A stretch of DNA of 24,000 nt from Bacilli bacterium (GTDB taxonomy: Bacteria > Bacillota_I > Bacilli_A > RFN20 > CAG-826). The DNA lies in assembly GCA_041672305.1 (NCBI GenBank), contig JBAYZW010000004.1, positions 559 to 24,558 of the forward strand. Reading direction: 5' to 3'. The notes below the pieces were generated by a model, which was not told the origin of the DNA, searched no databases, and worked only from the letters and a program-made list of their open reading frames with translations. The position numbers and the translations under genes were made by a program. Of this stretch, positions 1 through 7,446 are shown piece after piece; position 1 is the stretch's first letter; every line of letters starts with the position of its first letter.

Positions 1-1059
1 TTTCAAATTACAGTTGCTAGTGAATTAATGGCTATTCTATGTCTCAGTGAGAACGAAGAAGATTTTTTTAATCGTATCAATAATATTATTGTGGCCTATT
101 CCTTTGACAGTCACCCTATCTATCTTCGTGATTTAAAGATTTCTCATGCCATTATGAAATTAATGAAGAAAGCTTTAAAACCTAATCTTGTGCAGACATT
201 AGAGGGTAATCCTGTTTTGATTCATGGTGGTCCTTTTGCAAACATTGCTCATGGTTGTAACTCTTTAATTGCCACCAAATTAGCGATGAAATTAGCTCCA
301 ATTGTGGTGACAGAAGCTGGCTTTGCCGCAGATCTAGGGGCAGAAAAATTCTTTGATATCAAATCAAGAATTGGACATTTGAATCCTAAAATGGCTGTTC
401 TCGTCGCGAGTATTAAGGCTTTAAAACTTCATGGTGGTGCCAATAGTCACCATCTCGATTTGGAAGATGTGCCCGCTATGCTTGAAGGAGCTAAAAATCT
501 TGAACAGCATTATCAAAATTTACTTCAATACCACATCCCCGTTTTAATTGCGATTAACCATTTTAAAACAGATTCCCGTAAAGAAATAAAGGAATTGATT
601 AGATGGTGTGAAAAGAGACAATATGAGGTGACATTTGTTGATAGCTATTTGAAAGGTTCTTTAGGAGCAATTGATTTTGCTCAAAAGGTTAAGAATATTC
701 TCTCTAAAAAAGAAGGGCACTTTAAGCCACTTTATGATTTGGATCTGCCTCTTACTCAAAAAATTGATATTATCGCGAAAGAGATTTATCACGCGGATGG
801 TGTAACATACACTAAAAAAGCTAAACAAAATATTGAAATAGTGGAAAATCTAGGTTATCAAAATATTCCAATTTGCATCGCTAAAACTCCTCTTTCTTTT
901 AGCGATAATCAGCATCTTCTTAATGTTCCCAAGAAATTTAAAATTCATGTGCGAGATGTTTATGTTAATGCTGGAGCGGGCTTTGTTGTTTGTCTTACAG
1001 GCAAAGTATTAACGATGCCAGGTCTTCCCAAAATCCCAGCCGCCGTTAAAATGGAGTAA
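1..1059 (+). CDS. fhs: formate--tetrahydrofolate ligase, C-terminal ~352 aa (5' end lies outside the window)
   Basis: The frame is open from nt 1 (FQITVASELMAILCL...). It contains FTHFS hallmark stretches: PNLVQTLEGNPVLIHGGPFANIAHGCNS and ICIAKTPLSFSD. TAA stop at 1057-1059. Confidence 0.92.
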   Translation, partial: FQITVASELMAILCLSENEEDFFNRINNIIVAYSFDSHPIYLRDLKISHAIMKLMKKALKPNLVQTLEGNPVLIHGGPFANIAHGCNSLIATKLAMKLAPIVVTEAGFAADLGAEKFFDIKSRIGHLNPKMAVLVASIKALKLHGGANSHHLDLEDVPAMLEGAKNLEQHYQNLLQYHIPVLIAINHFKTDSRKEIKELIRWCEKRQYEVTFVDSYLKGSLGAIDFAQKVKNILSKKEGHFKPLYDLDLPLTQKIDIIAKEIYHADGVTYTKKAKQNIEIVENLGYQNIPICIAKTPLSFSDNQHLLNVPKKFKIHVRDVYVNAGAGFVVCLTGKVLTMPGLPKIPAAVKME

Positions 1060-1166
1060 TTATTTTTAACCTATATTTATTTCTTCTTTTCTCGATTAAA
1101 AATATAGTTCTATCATGAATTAAATTCTTAAATCACTTTACGATAAAACTATTTAGTTTTTTCTTG

Positions 1167-3524
1167 ATGATGAGTGATATACTAAAAGATATGAAACACC
1201 AAAAAACCCTTTTAGTAAGCATTGTCGCTCTTGGTATTTCAGCACTTGTTATCGCTATTAATCCATCGATTCGAATTTCCGCTTCATATAACAATGAATT
1301 GACATGGTGGGAAAATGATTGTCAGCTTCCTGATGGGTACACATCACTTGCTACTATTGTTGATTCAGGTAGTGCCTCTACATCTTACACAACCAGAGGA
1401 ACTGTGACATCTGTTGAGGGCAATTCTTATTTTGTTCAATCCCAAAACAGAAGTCTTTTTATCTATAATAACAATTCAAGTTATGCAGGCTTTTCACTTG
1501 GCAATGTAGTTGATGTTACTGGAACGAGAAGCGATTATTATAATCTTATTGAATTAAGCCCAACTGCCGCATCACTATATGCTTCTAGCAATCCATATCC
1601 TGTTGTTTCTGCCAATATTTCTTCATCTAATTACACAAGTTTTTGCACTGCAAATAATATTGGAAGATTAATTACTCTATCAGGAATGACTGTAACGGAT
1701 ATCTCTTCGAAAACGATTACTTTTGATTATGATGGTGTCACAGTGAACGGTCGTATCACGAGCAGCTCATATGATGATTTAACTGCGATTCTCACAACAT
1801 ATAAAAATAATAGTACACTAATAGACTTCCAAGGAATTCTTTCTGTTTATAATACTACTTATCAAATTCGTCTTTATGATACGAGTTGTTTGAGCGAGCA
1901 TGCTGATACGCTGATTAATTCAATATCTGTTTCCCCAGCTGATAGTAATGTCAATCGTGGTGGAACAATTCAATTTTCGGCCAATATTAATCCTGTTAAT
2001 GCTTCTAATCAAGCAATCGTTTGGTCAACATCTGGTGGCGGAACAATTGATTCAACTGGTTTGTTTACTTCGACAAGTGCAGGGACATTTGTTATTACTG
2101 CTGCTGCTCAAGATGGCAGTGGTATTACTGGAACTACTTCAGTCACAGTCAATTCAGTTAGCATTCTTGTTACCTCTATTACAGTTGATTGTTCGTCTTC
2201 AACATTTATACAAAATAATGACTATACCTTCACTGCCTCAGTACTTCCCTCAAATGCTGATAATGCAAATGTTAATTGGTCAGCAAATGTTGGGACGATT
2301 ACTTCGGCTGGTGTCTACACTGCTTCAACATTAGGGACGGCGATTATCACAGCGACTGCTCAAGACGGCAGTGGCGTTGTTGGCACAAAAACAATCACGG
2401 TTGTGGAGCAATCAACTCAAACAGAAGGAACGGTTATTGCCAATCCCGCCTTAAATGGAAACACACTTGGTCCTCTATATTCTCCTGGGACAAATGATCA
2501 AATTGTTTTTACCTACTTAGAGATGATTAATCTATATGGTGATTCACTTCTTTTTGATTATGGAAATTTCGAAGTTCTTATTGATGGCGGTCAAACCTCT
2601 GATAAAGACAATGTCATGGCAGCATTAAGCGATTATGTTACTGACGGATGTTTAGAAGTTCTTGTTGTCACTCACCCTCATAGTGATCATTTGGGCGGAC
2701 TTAGCGATTATTCGGCGATGATTAGTAATGGTGGAATTACTTCCATTAAATATATTGTTGATTTTGGCGGTACTTATACCACAACTGTTTACAATAACTA
2801 TGTAGCAACGAGAGATTATTACATTGGACAAGGTGCCACCTATTACAGCATTTATGAGATGGTTAATAATAGTACTTCAGGTTATCCAAATATTTTTAAT
2901 ATTTGTAATGATATTAATATCTATTTTCTTGATTCGGGCGCTTATACACAAGCGGGTGTGGCAATTAGTAGCGATTACGCAAATGAATCCTCGGTCTGCA
3001 CTCTTTTCTCCTTTGGTACTAATCGTATTCTCTGCTGTGGAGATTTAACTAATTCTTCATCAGGTGGTGGCACTCCTGAAACATATTTGGTCGATAGATA
3101 TGGGCCAAGCGGAGAGGGCTTATGGAACGCTTCAACTACCAATGTTGTTAAAGCTAATCACCATTGTAGCAATACTTATGGTAGTAATGGTTCGGATTGG
3201 GTGAATGGAACATTACCAGACTATGTGATTATTTCAGCGGCATTAGTGAGTGCAAATCGCAGCGAGAATAGTGATAATGTCACAACTAGTCAGCATCCTA
3301 ATGCCACTTCACTGGCACGTTATTTAGCAGTCACTAGCAATGTTTACTGCAATATTGTTAATGGCACGACACATTTTACTTATGCTACAACAACTAGCAC
3401 CCCAATTCTTTCTTTTGAGGGTCGGACTTTAAATTATTCCTATAATGGAGTAATTGTTAGTGCGGAAACAGAAAGATCCTATTTATTAGCGCAATCTTCC
3501 TTCTATTCACAACTGTATACTTGA
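1167..3524 (+). CDS. secreted or membrane-anchored multidomain protein: signal-anchor, OB-fold-like region, 2x Big_2 Ig-like domains, ComEC/Rec2-type metallo-beta-lactamase domain (putative surface nuclease)
   Basis: ~785-codon ORF with an N-terminal hydrophobic helix LLVSIVALGISALVIAI and no lipobox Cys. Aa ~70-240 resemble OB modules of extracellular nucleases (GTVTSVEGNSYFVQSQNRSLFIY..GNVVDVTG..YYNLIEL). Two ~75-aa Big_2-like repeats lie at nt ~1923-2154 and ~2175-2403, each ending ..AQDGSG..GT..TV. The MBL motif HPHSDH is at nt 2672-2689, flanked by LYGDS upstream and ANHHCS downstream, as in ComEC-type MBL domains. The start is ambiguous (TTG 1164, ATG 1167/1170/1191) and no clear SD is present. 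Confidence 0.75.
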   Translation: MMSDILKDMKHQKTLLVSIVALGISALVIAINPSIRISASYNNELTWWENDCQLPDGYTSLATIVDSGSASTSYTTRGTVTSVEGNSYFVQSQNRSLFIYNNNSSYAGFSLGNVVDVTGTRSDYYNLIELSPTAASLYASSNPYPVVSANISSSNYTSFCTANNIGRLITLSGMTVTDISSKTITFDYDGVTVNGRITSSSYDDLTAILTTYKNNSTLIDFQGILSVYNTTYQIRLYDTSCLSEHADTLINSISVSPADSNVNRGGTIQFSANINPVNASNQAIVWSTSGGGTIDSTGLFTSTSAGTFVITAAAQDGSGITGTTSVTVNSVSILVTSITVDCSSSTFIQNNDYTFTASVLPSNADNANVNWSANVGTITSAGVYTASTLGTAIITATAQDGSGVVGTKTITVVEQSTQTEGTVIANPALNGNTLGPLYSPGTNDQIVFTYLEMINLYGDSLLFDYGNFEVLIDGGQTSDKDNVMAALSDYVTDGCLEVLVVTHPHSDHLGGLSDYSAMISNGGITSIKYIVDFGGTYTTTVYNNYVATRDYYIGQGATYYSIYEMVNNSTSGYPNIFNICNDINIYFLDSGAYTQAGVAISSDYANESSVCTLFSFGTNRILCCGDLTNSSSGGGTPETYLVDRYGPSGEGLWNASTTNVVKANHHCSNTYGSNGSDWVNGTLPDYVIISAALVSANRSENSDNVTTSQHPNATSLARYLAVTSNVYCNIVNGTTHFTYATTTSTPILSFEGRTLNYSYNGVIVSAETERSYLLAQSSFYSQLYT

Positions 3525-3555
3525 TAAGTTTAGGGCACAAAAAAAGACTAATTAT

Positions 3556-3580
3556 AAGAATCTTCACTAGATTCTTTTTT
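3556..3580 (+). terminator. putative intrinsic terminator between convergent genes
   Basis: 8-bp perfect stem, aagaatct (3556-3563) with agattctt (3569-3576), and a 5-nt loop tcact. It is followed by a T run at 3577-3580 and more T-rich sequence. The stem is AT-rich with only 2 GC pairs, and it abuts the stop codon of the minus-strand CBS gene. Confidence 0.45.
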
Positions 3581-3986
3581 AGTCAATTTTTTTAATTTTA
3601 CTTCTTAAAAAATCGATGATAGCCTTTCGCGTTACAATTCCGATAAAAACACCATTATCGTCTTCAACGGGAACAAAATTCTGGTTGGCGATTAAATCAA
3701 TTAATTCTGTGATATCTTTATCGATGCGAATAGCAACATTGGATCGGTAAGGTTTAATATCTTTGATCGAGATTTTTTCACACGCGAAAATAGATAAGTC
3801 CCTTTCTTTAATGAACCAGAGAAAGTCACTTGTTGATAGTGTTTCGATATATCGTCCTTCCTTGTTAATTACAGGGATAGAAGAATAACGATGATTCTCC
3901 ATCTTTTCTAAGGCTTGTCGAATAGTGTAAGTATCGTAGAGATATTCCACATTGTTCTTGGGAATTAAGAAGAACAAAACATTCAT
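3579..3986 (-). CDS. stand-alone CBS-pair domain protein (135 aa)
   Basis: Two CBS-like motifs: ..TIRQALEKMENHRYSSIPVINKEGRYIETLSTSDFL.. and ..DITELIDLIANQNFVPVEDDNGVFIGIVTRKAIIDFL... The size and architecture match small regulatory CBS-pair proteins. Confidence 0.8.
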   Translation of the reverse strand: MNVLFFLIPKNNVEYLYDTYTIRQALEKMENHRYSSIPVINKEGRYIETLSTSDFLWFIKERDLSIFACEKISIKDIKPYRSNVAIRIDKDITELIDLIANQNFVPVEDDNGVFIGIVTRKAIIDFLRSKIKKID

Positions 3987-3992
3987 ACAATA

Positions 3993-4001
3993 ATTATATC
4001 A
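3993..4001 (-). promoter_or_regulatory. extended -10 promoter element (TGATATAAT) placed 6 nt upstream of the CBS gene ATG; possible leaderless transcript
   Basis: The reverse complement of 3993-4001 is TGATATAAT, which fits TGnTATAAT perfectly. Only TATTGT separates it from the ATG (complement of 3984-3986). There is no SD and no good -35. Confidence 0.4.
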
Positions 4002-4100
4002 TTTTCATAAAAGCAATGATTTGATTTTTATAGTATTAGTTTATTTATGGACGATATTTTATTAAAATATTTCTAAGAGTTTAATAGCAAAGATTAAATT

Positions 4101-5132
4101 ATGTTGCATGAAGATGTCATTATTCTAATACCGAGTTATGAGCCAGAAGAAACTATTATTTTTTTGACTGCGCAACTCAATAAAGAAGGCTATCCTCTTT
4201 TAGTGATCAATGACGGATCACCTAAAAGCTATGATTCAATATTCGATAGAGTAAAAAAATATGCCAAAGTAATTTCCTATGATAAAAATAAGGGCAAAGG
4301 ATATGCCTTAAAAAATGGCATTAGTTACATTCGAAAAAACTATCTAAATGTCAATTATGTGATTACCGCGGATGGAGATGGCCAACACTCAATAAAAGAT
4401 ATTGAAAAAGTATACGACAAGTTAATTAAAACCAATGAATTAGTTTTTGGTGTTCGTCATTTTGATCAAGATGTTCCTTTTAGAAGTCGCTTTGGAAACT
4501 CTTTTTCCAAATTTACGAGATCTTTAACCACAAAAGAATATATACCAGATGATCAGTGTGGTTTGCGGGGTTTTTCACGAAAATATTTTCGCAAATTATT
4601 AAAAATTTCAGGTCAGAAATATGATTATGAAATGAACGTTTTAATGTTGTTCCAACTCCGACACTATCCAATCAATTATCTCAATATTGAGACGATTTAT
4701 CTAGATCAAAACAAATCATCACATTTCGCTCCATTCAAGGATACAGCGCGCATTCAAGTAAGTATTTTTTCCCATTCAATTATCTCACTTGTCGCTTTAT
4801 TAATGATGATCGCCTCTTTTATTATTCTTCTTAATTTTACCCCTATTCACCCTCTTCTTAACTTTGTCATTTCTGAGTTAATTGGCTTTCAATTTCTCTT
4901 TGCTCTAATGACTGTTATATATCCTACTTATCACACGGCTTATCGATTGAGAAAAGAATTATTTTATTTCATCATTCGCCTTTTGATTGGCTTTAGTATC
5001 TTTTCATTGCTCGGTTATGTTTTCCGTTTTGATTTTATTGCTTCAGCGATTATTTCTTACTTTATAAGTGAAACGCTGAATGTTTCCATCTCTTATTTGC
5101 TGACGAAGCACATATACCATACTCACAATTAA
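4101..5132 (+). CDS. family 2 glycosyltransferase fused to a C-terminal ~4-helix membrane domain (GtrA-like); probable lipid or polyprenyl-phosphate glycosyltransferase
   Basis: The N-terminal GT-A pattern is IILIPSYEPEE...LVINDGS...GKGYALKNG...ITADGDGQH (DxD-type motif). The C-terminal ~115 aa hold four hydrophobic helices: IISLVALLMMIASFIILLNF, VISELIGFQFLFALMTVIY, FIIRLLIGFSIFSLLGYVF and ASAIISYFISETLNVSISYLL. Confidence 0.8.
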   Translation: MLHEDVIILIPSYEPEETIIFLTAQLNKEGYPLLVINDGSPKSYDSIFDRVKKYAKVISYDKNKGKGYALKNGISYIRKNYLNVNYVITADGDGQHSIKDIEKVYDKLIKTNELVFGVRHFDQDVPFRSRFGNSFSKFTRSLTTKEYIPDDQCGLRGFSRKYFRKLLKISGQKYDYEMNVLMLFQLRHYPINYLNIETIYLDQNKSSHFAPFKDTARIQVSIFSHSIISLVALLMMIASFIILLNFTPIHPLLNFVISELIGFQFLFALMTVIYPTYHTAYRLRKELFYFIIRLLIGFSIFSLLGYVFRFDFIASAIISYFISETLNVSISYLLTKHIYHTHN

Positions 5133-5179
5133 GGATAAGGTTCATTTTAGTGAGGAGTATCAGTATAATAATTTCATAA

Positions 5180-5875
5180 ATGAAAAAGAAAGAAAAACAA
5201 CCTAAAAAATATAAAAAGCATCGAACATTCTCCATTTATTGGCTTTTCTATGATCATTGCCGTTGGCTTTTTGCCCCTTTCGCGGCCTTACTTTTTCGAA
5301 CAAGGAAAACATATGTTGATAAAAAGGCGACTATTGCTCAGATAAAGAAAGGAGCGATGATTATTTCGAACCATATCTCGTTTTATGACGCTCTTGTGCT
5401 GCAATATGCTTTTTGGTATCGACGAGTTCATAGCATGATGCTCGACACAGCTTTCCAAACAAAAATTGGTTCCCTTTTTTTTCGTGGCATTAATTGCTTT
5501 CCTGTTAATCCAAACAATTTGAATTCATCTTTTGCAAGTATGCGTCAATGTATCGCGCGACTTCAGTATGGATATGTTGTTGCGATGTTTCCTGAAGGTC
5601 ATATCAATTTTTCTAGTCAACCAGAAATTAAAGAATTTCAAAGTGGCTCGGTATTAATGGCCCTTCAAGCTAAAAGCTTTATCATTCCCTGTTTTCTATA
5701 TCGCCAAAAAGGAAAATTTCATCGCTTTCATCTTTGCATCGGCAAACCCTTTAACCCTTATGATTATTTTACTGGCCCCATCAATATTCAGAATCTGCAA
5801 CTTGTGACTCAAGAATTGCACAATATAGAACTGAGAATGCAGAAGGAATATCTCGAGAAAGTGAGCAAGAAGTAA
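5180..5875 (+). CDS. plsC: 1-acyl-sn-glycerol-3-phosphate (lysophospholipid) acyltransferase family protein
   Basis: The HX4D acyltransferase motif NHISFYD and the FPEGH motif occur at typical spacing. The N-terminus is basic and hydrophobic. The family is clear but the exact substrate is not. Confidence 0.78.
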   Translation: MKKKEKQPKKYKKHRTFSIYWLFYDHCRWLFAPFAALLFRTRKTYVDKKATIAQIKKGAMIISNHISFYDALVLQYAFWYRRVHSMMLDTAFQTKIGSLFFRGINCFPVNPNNLNSSFASMRQCIARLQYGYVVAMFPEGHINFSSQPEIKEFQSGSVLMALQAKSFIIPCFLYRQKGKFHRFHLCIGKPFNPYDYFTGPINIQNLQLVTQELHNIELRMQKEYLEKVSKK

Positions 5876-6499
5876 ATGGCTTTTTTAGATGTTTATGTGG
5901 TTAAATATCCTTTTGAATGCGATGAAAGGATCTCTTGCCAAAAACGTTTGGATGAAATAGAAAAATGTCATAGCGAAGAGGTGAAGAAACAAAAGTTTTA
6001 TGTGTGGAAGCTTTTAGAATTTGCTTTGCAAAATAGCTTATCGTTTGATGCAAATAATCTTAATTTTGTAAAAAAGGAAAATGGTAAATGGATAATAGAT
6101 GAATGTTATTTTTCTTTATCTCATAGTGGGAATCTTGTTGCTGTTGCTCTTAGTGATTCGCCAGTCGGGGTTGATATTCAGAAACGTGTTTTACTAAAAA
6201 TAACGCCCAAATTGCTAGAACTTGTCCTCTCAAAGAGTGAAATAACAAAGTATCCTCATATCGCCAACGATAAATTATTAGAGATGTGGTCCATTAAGGA
6301 ATGCGCCTTTAAAATAAGTGAGGAGAAAACTTTTATTCCTCGTCATTTTACGGTCGATGATTTTCCTCATCAAAGATCTTTAAACATCACTTACCAAGAC
6401 GAGTTATATAAACTTTCATTTTTATGTGATAACATTTCTTATGTTAAATATTATTATTCATTTAATGGAGGTTTATTATGTCAGATAAAAAATTTGTAA
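5876..6499 (+). CDS. Sfp-type 4'-phosphopantetheinyl transferase (207 aa)
   Basis: Motifs SLSHSGNLVAVAL, VGVDIQ and WSIKECAFK match the PPTase signatures (G.D ... W.xKEa.xK). The length fits the two-lobed Sfp type, not the ~120-aa AcpS type. The start ATG directly follows the plsC TAA (TAAATG). Confidence 0.75.
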   Translation: MAFLDVYVVKYPFECDERISCQKRLDEIEKCHSEEVKKQKFYVWKLLEFALQNSLSFDANNLNFVKKENGKWIIDECYFSLSHSGNLVAVALSDSPVGVDIQKRVLLKITPKLLELVLSKSEITKYPHIANDKLLEMWSIKECAFKISEEKTFIPRHFTVDDFPHQRSLNITYQDELYKLSFLCDNISYVKYYYSFNGGLLCQIKNL

Positions 6500-7419
6500 T
6501 TCTCTCTGATTCATCTTTAGATTTGACCAAAAAAGATCGTGAGAAATACGATATCGAATTTCCTCTCCTTGGAACTGTTGTCTATCCAGACGGAAGCGTA
6601 AAAGACGCTGATGTTGATTGGGTCAATATTAAGCCTGAGGAATTTTATCGTCTTCTAAGCAATAAGAAAAATACCTTTAAGACCTCGTTTCCTAACCCCT
6701 ATATTGTCACACTAGCAGTGGAAAAATATTTTCAGCAAGGCTTAGATGTCTTGGCTGTTACTTTATCAGGTGGCATGTCAGGAGCTTATCATGCTTTTGT
6801 CACTGCCGCAGAAGAGCTGAAAGAAAAATATCCCCATCGCAAATTATTAGTTGTCGATAGTCAAAGATATAGTATCGCCGTGGGACTATTAGCTGTCTAT
6901 GCTTCACAATTACGAGCCGAAGGAAAGAGTGTTGATGAGACATATCAATGGTTACAAAAAGAAAAAATGGGGCTCCACCAAATGGGAATACTTGATGATT
7001 TATTTTTTCTTTATCGCAGCGGAAGAATTAAGAAAATCGCCGCTGTCGCGGGTTCAATGATTGGCATCAAACCAATGGCTGATTTTTCTAATGAGACAGG
7101 ACGTCCTTGTGTGTTAGGCAAAGGGCGTGGTTATCAAAAATCTTATAAATTAATTGAACAGTATGTTGAAGCCACCATCGGCGATTCAAAAGGAAAAATC
7201 TTTGCCATTGTTAATTCTAATCGTCCTGAGCAAGCGAAAAAAATTAAGAAGATTATCGAAGATAAATACCATCCTGCCATTATTTTAACAAATAACATGG
7301 GTGAAATTTGTAGTGTTAATGCTGGTCCAGGTTTAGCGGCGGTCTTCTATTTAGGAAAACCAATTAGCAAAGATTGTGTTGAAGAGCAAAAACTCTTTCA
7401 AGAGTTATTGACTAAATAA
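6478..7419 (+). CDS. DegV family fatty-acid-binding protein (FakB-like)
   Basis: The N-terminus KFVILSDSSLDL and the overall DegV pattern (..TSFPNP.., ..LSGGMSGAY.., ..NAGPGLAAVFY..) are present. A GGAGG SD lies at 6467-6471. It overlaps the PPTase gene by 22 nt. Confidence 0.85.
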   Translation: MSDKKFVILSDSSLDLTKKDREKYDIEFPLLGTVVYPDGSVKDADVDWVNIKPEEFYRLLSNKKNTFKTSFPNPYIVTLAVEKYFQQGLDVLAVTLSGGMSGAYHAFVTAAEELKEKYPHRKLLVVDSQRYSIAVGLLAVYASQLRAEGKSVDETYQWLQKEKMGLHQMGILDDLFFLYRSGRIKKIAAVAGSMIGIKPMADFSNETGRPCVLGKGRGYQKSYKLIEQYVEATIGDSKGKIFAIVNSNRPEQAKKIKKIIEDKYHPAIILTNNMGEICSVNAGPGLAAVFYLGKPISKDCVEEQKLFQELLTK

Positions 7420-7446
7420 GGAAATTTATATTCTTTAATAGAAGAC

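Noticed and set aside
1068-1118. AT-rich inverted repeat after fhs (aacctatattt ... aaatatagtt), considered as a terminator
   Set aside because: The stem is entirely A/T apart from one or two pairs. The loop is ~20 nt and no T-run follows. It is not convincing as an intrinsic terminator and could be chance in AT-rich DNA.
1948-3048. Nested plus-strand ORFs (1948-2334, 2276-2497, 2824-3048) inside the large surface-protein gene
   Set aside because: They lie in alternative frames of a gene with clear domain homology. Their products are Leu/Ile/Gln-rich low-complexity strings with no SD and no recognisable motifs, so they are typical out-of-frame artefacts.
3579-3986. Calling the CBS-pair protein a c-di-AMP receptor (CbpB/DarB-like)
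   Set aside because: Only the size and the two-CBS architecture are shared. I cannot verify ligand-binding residues by eye, so the specific assignment is unsupported.
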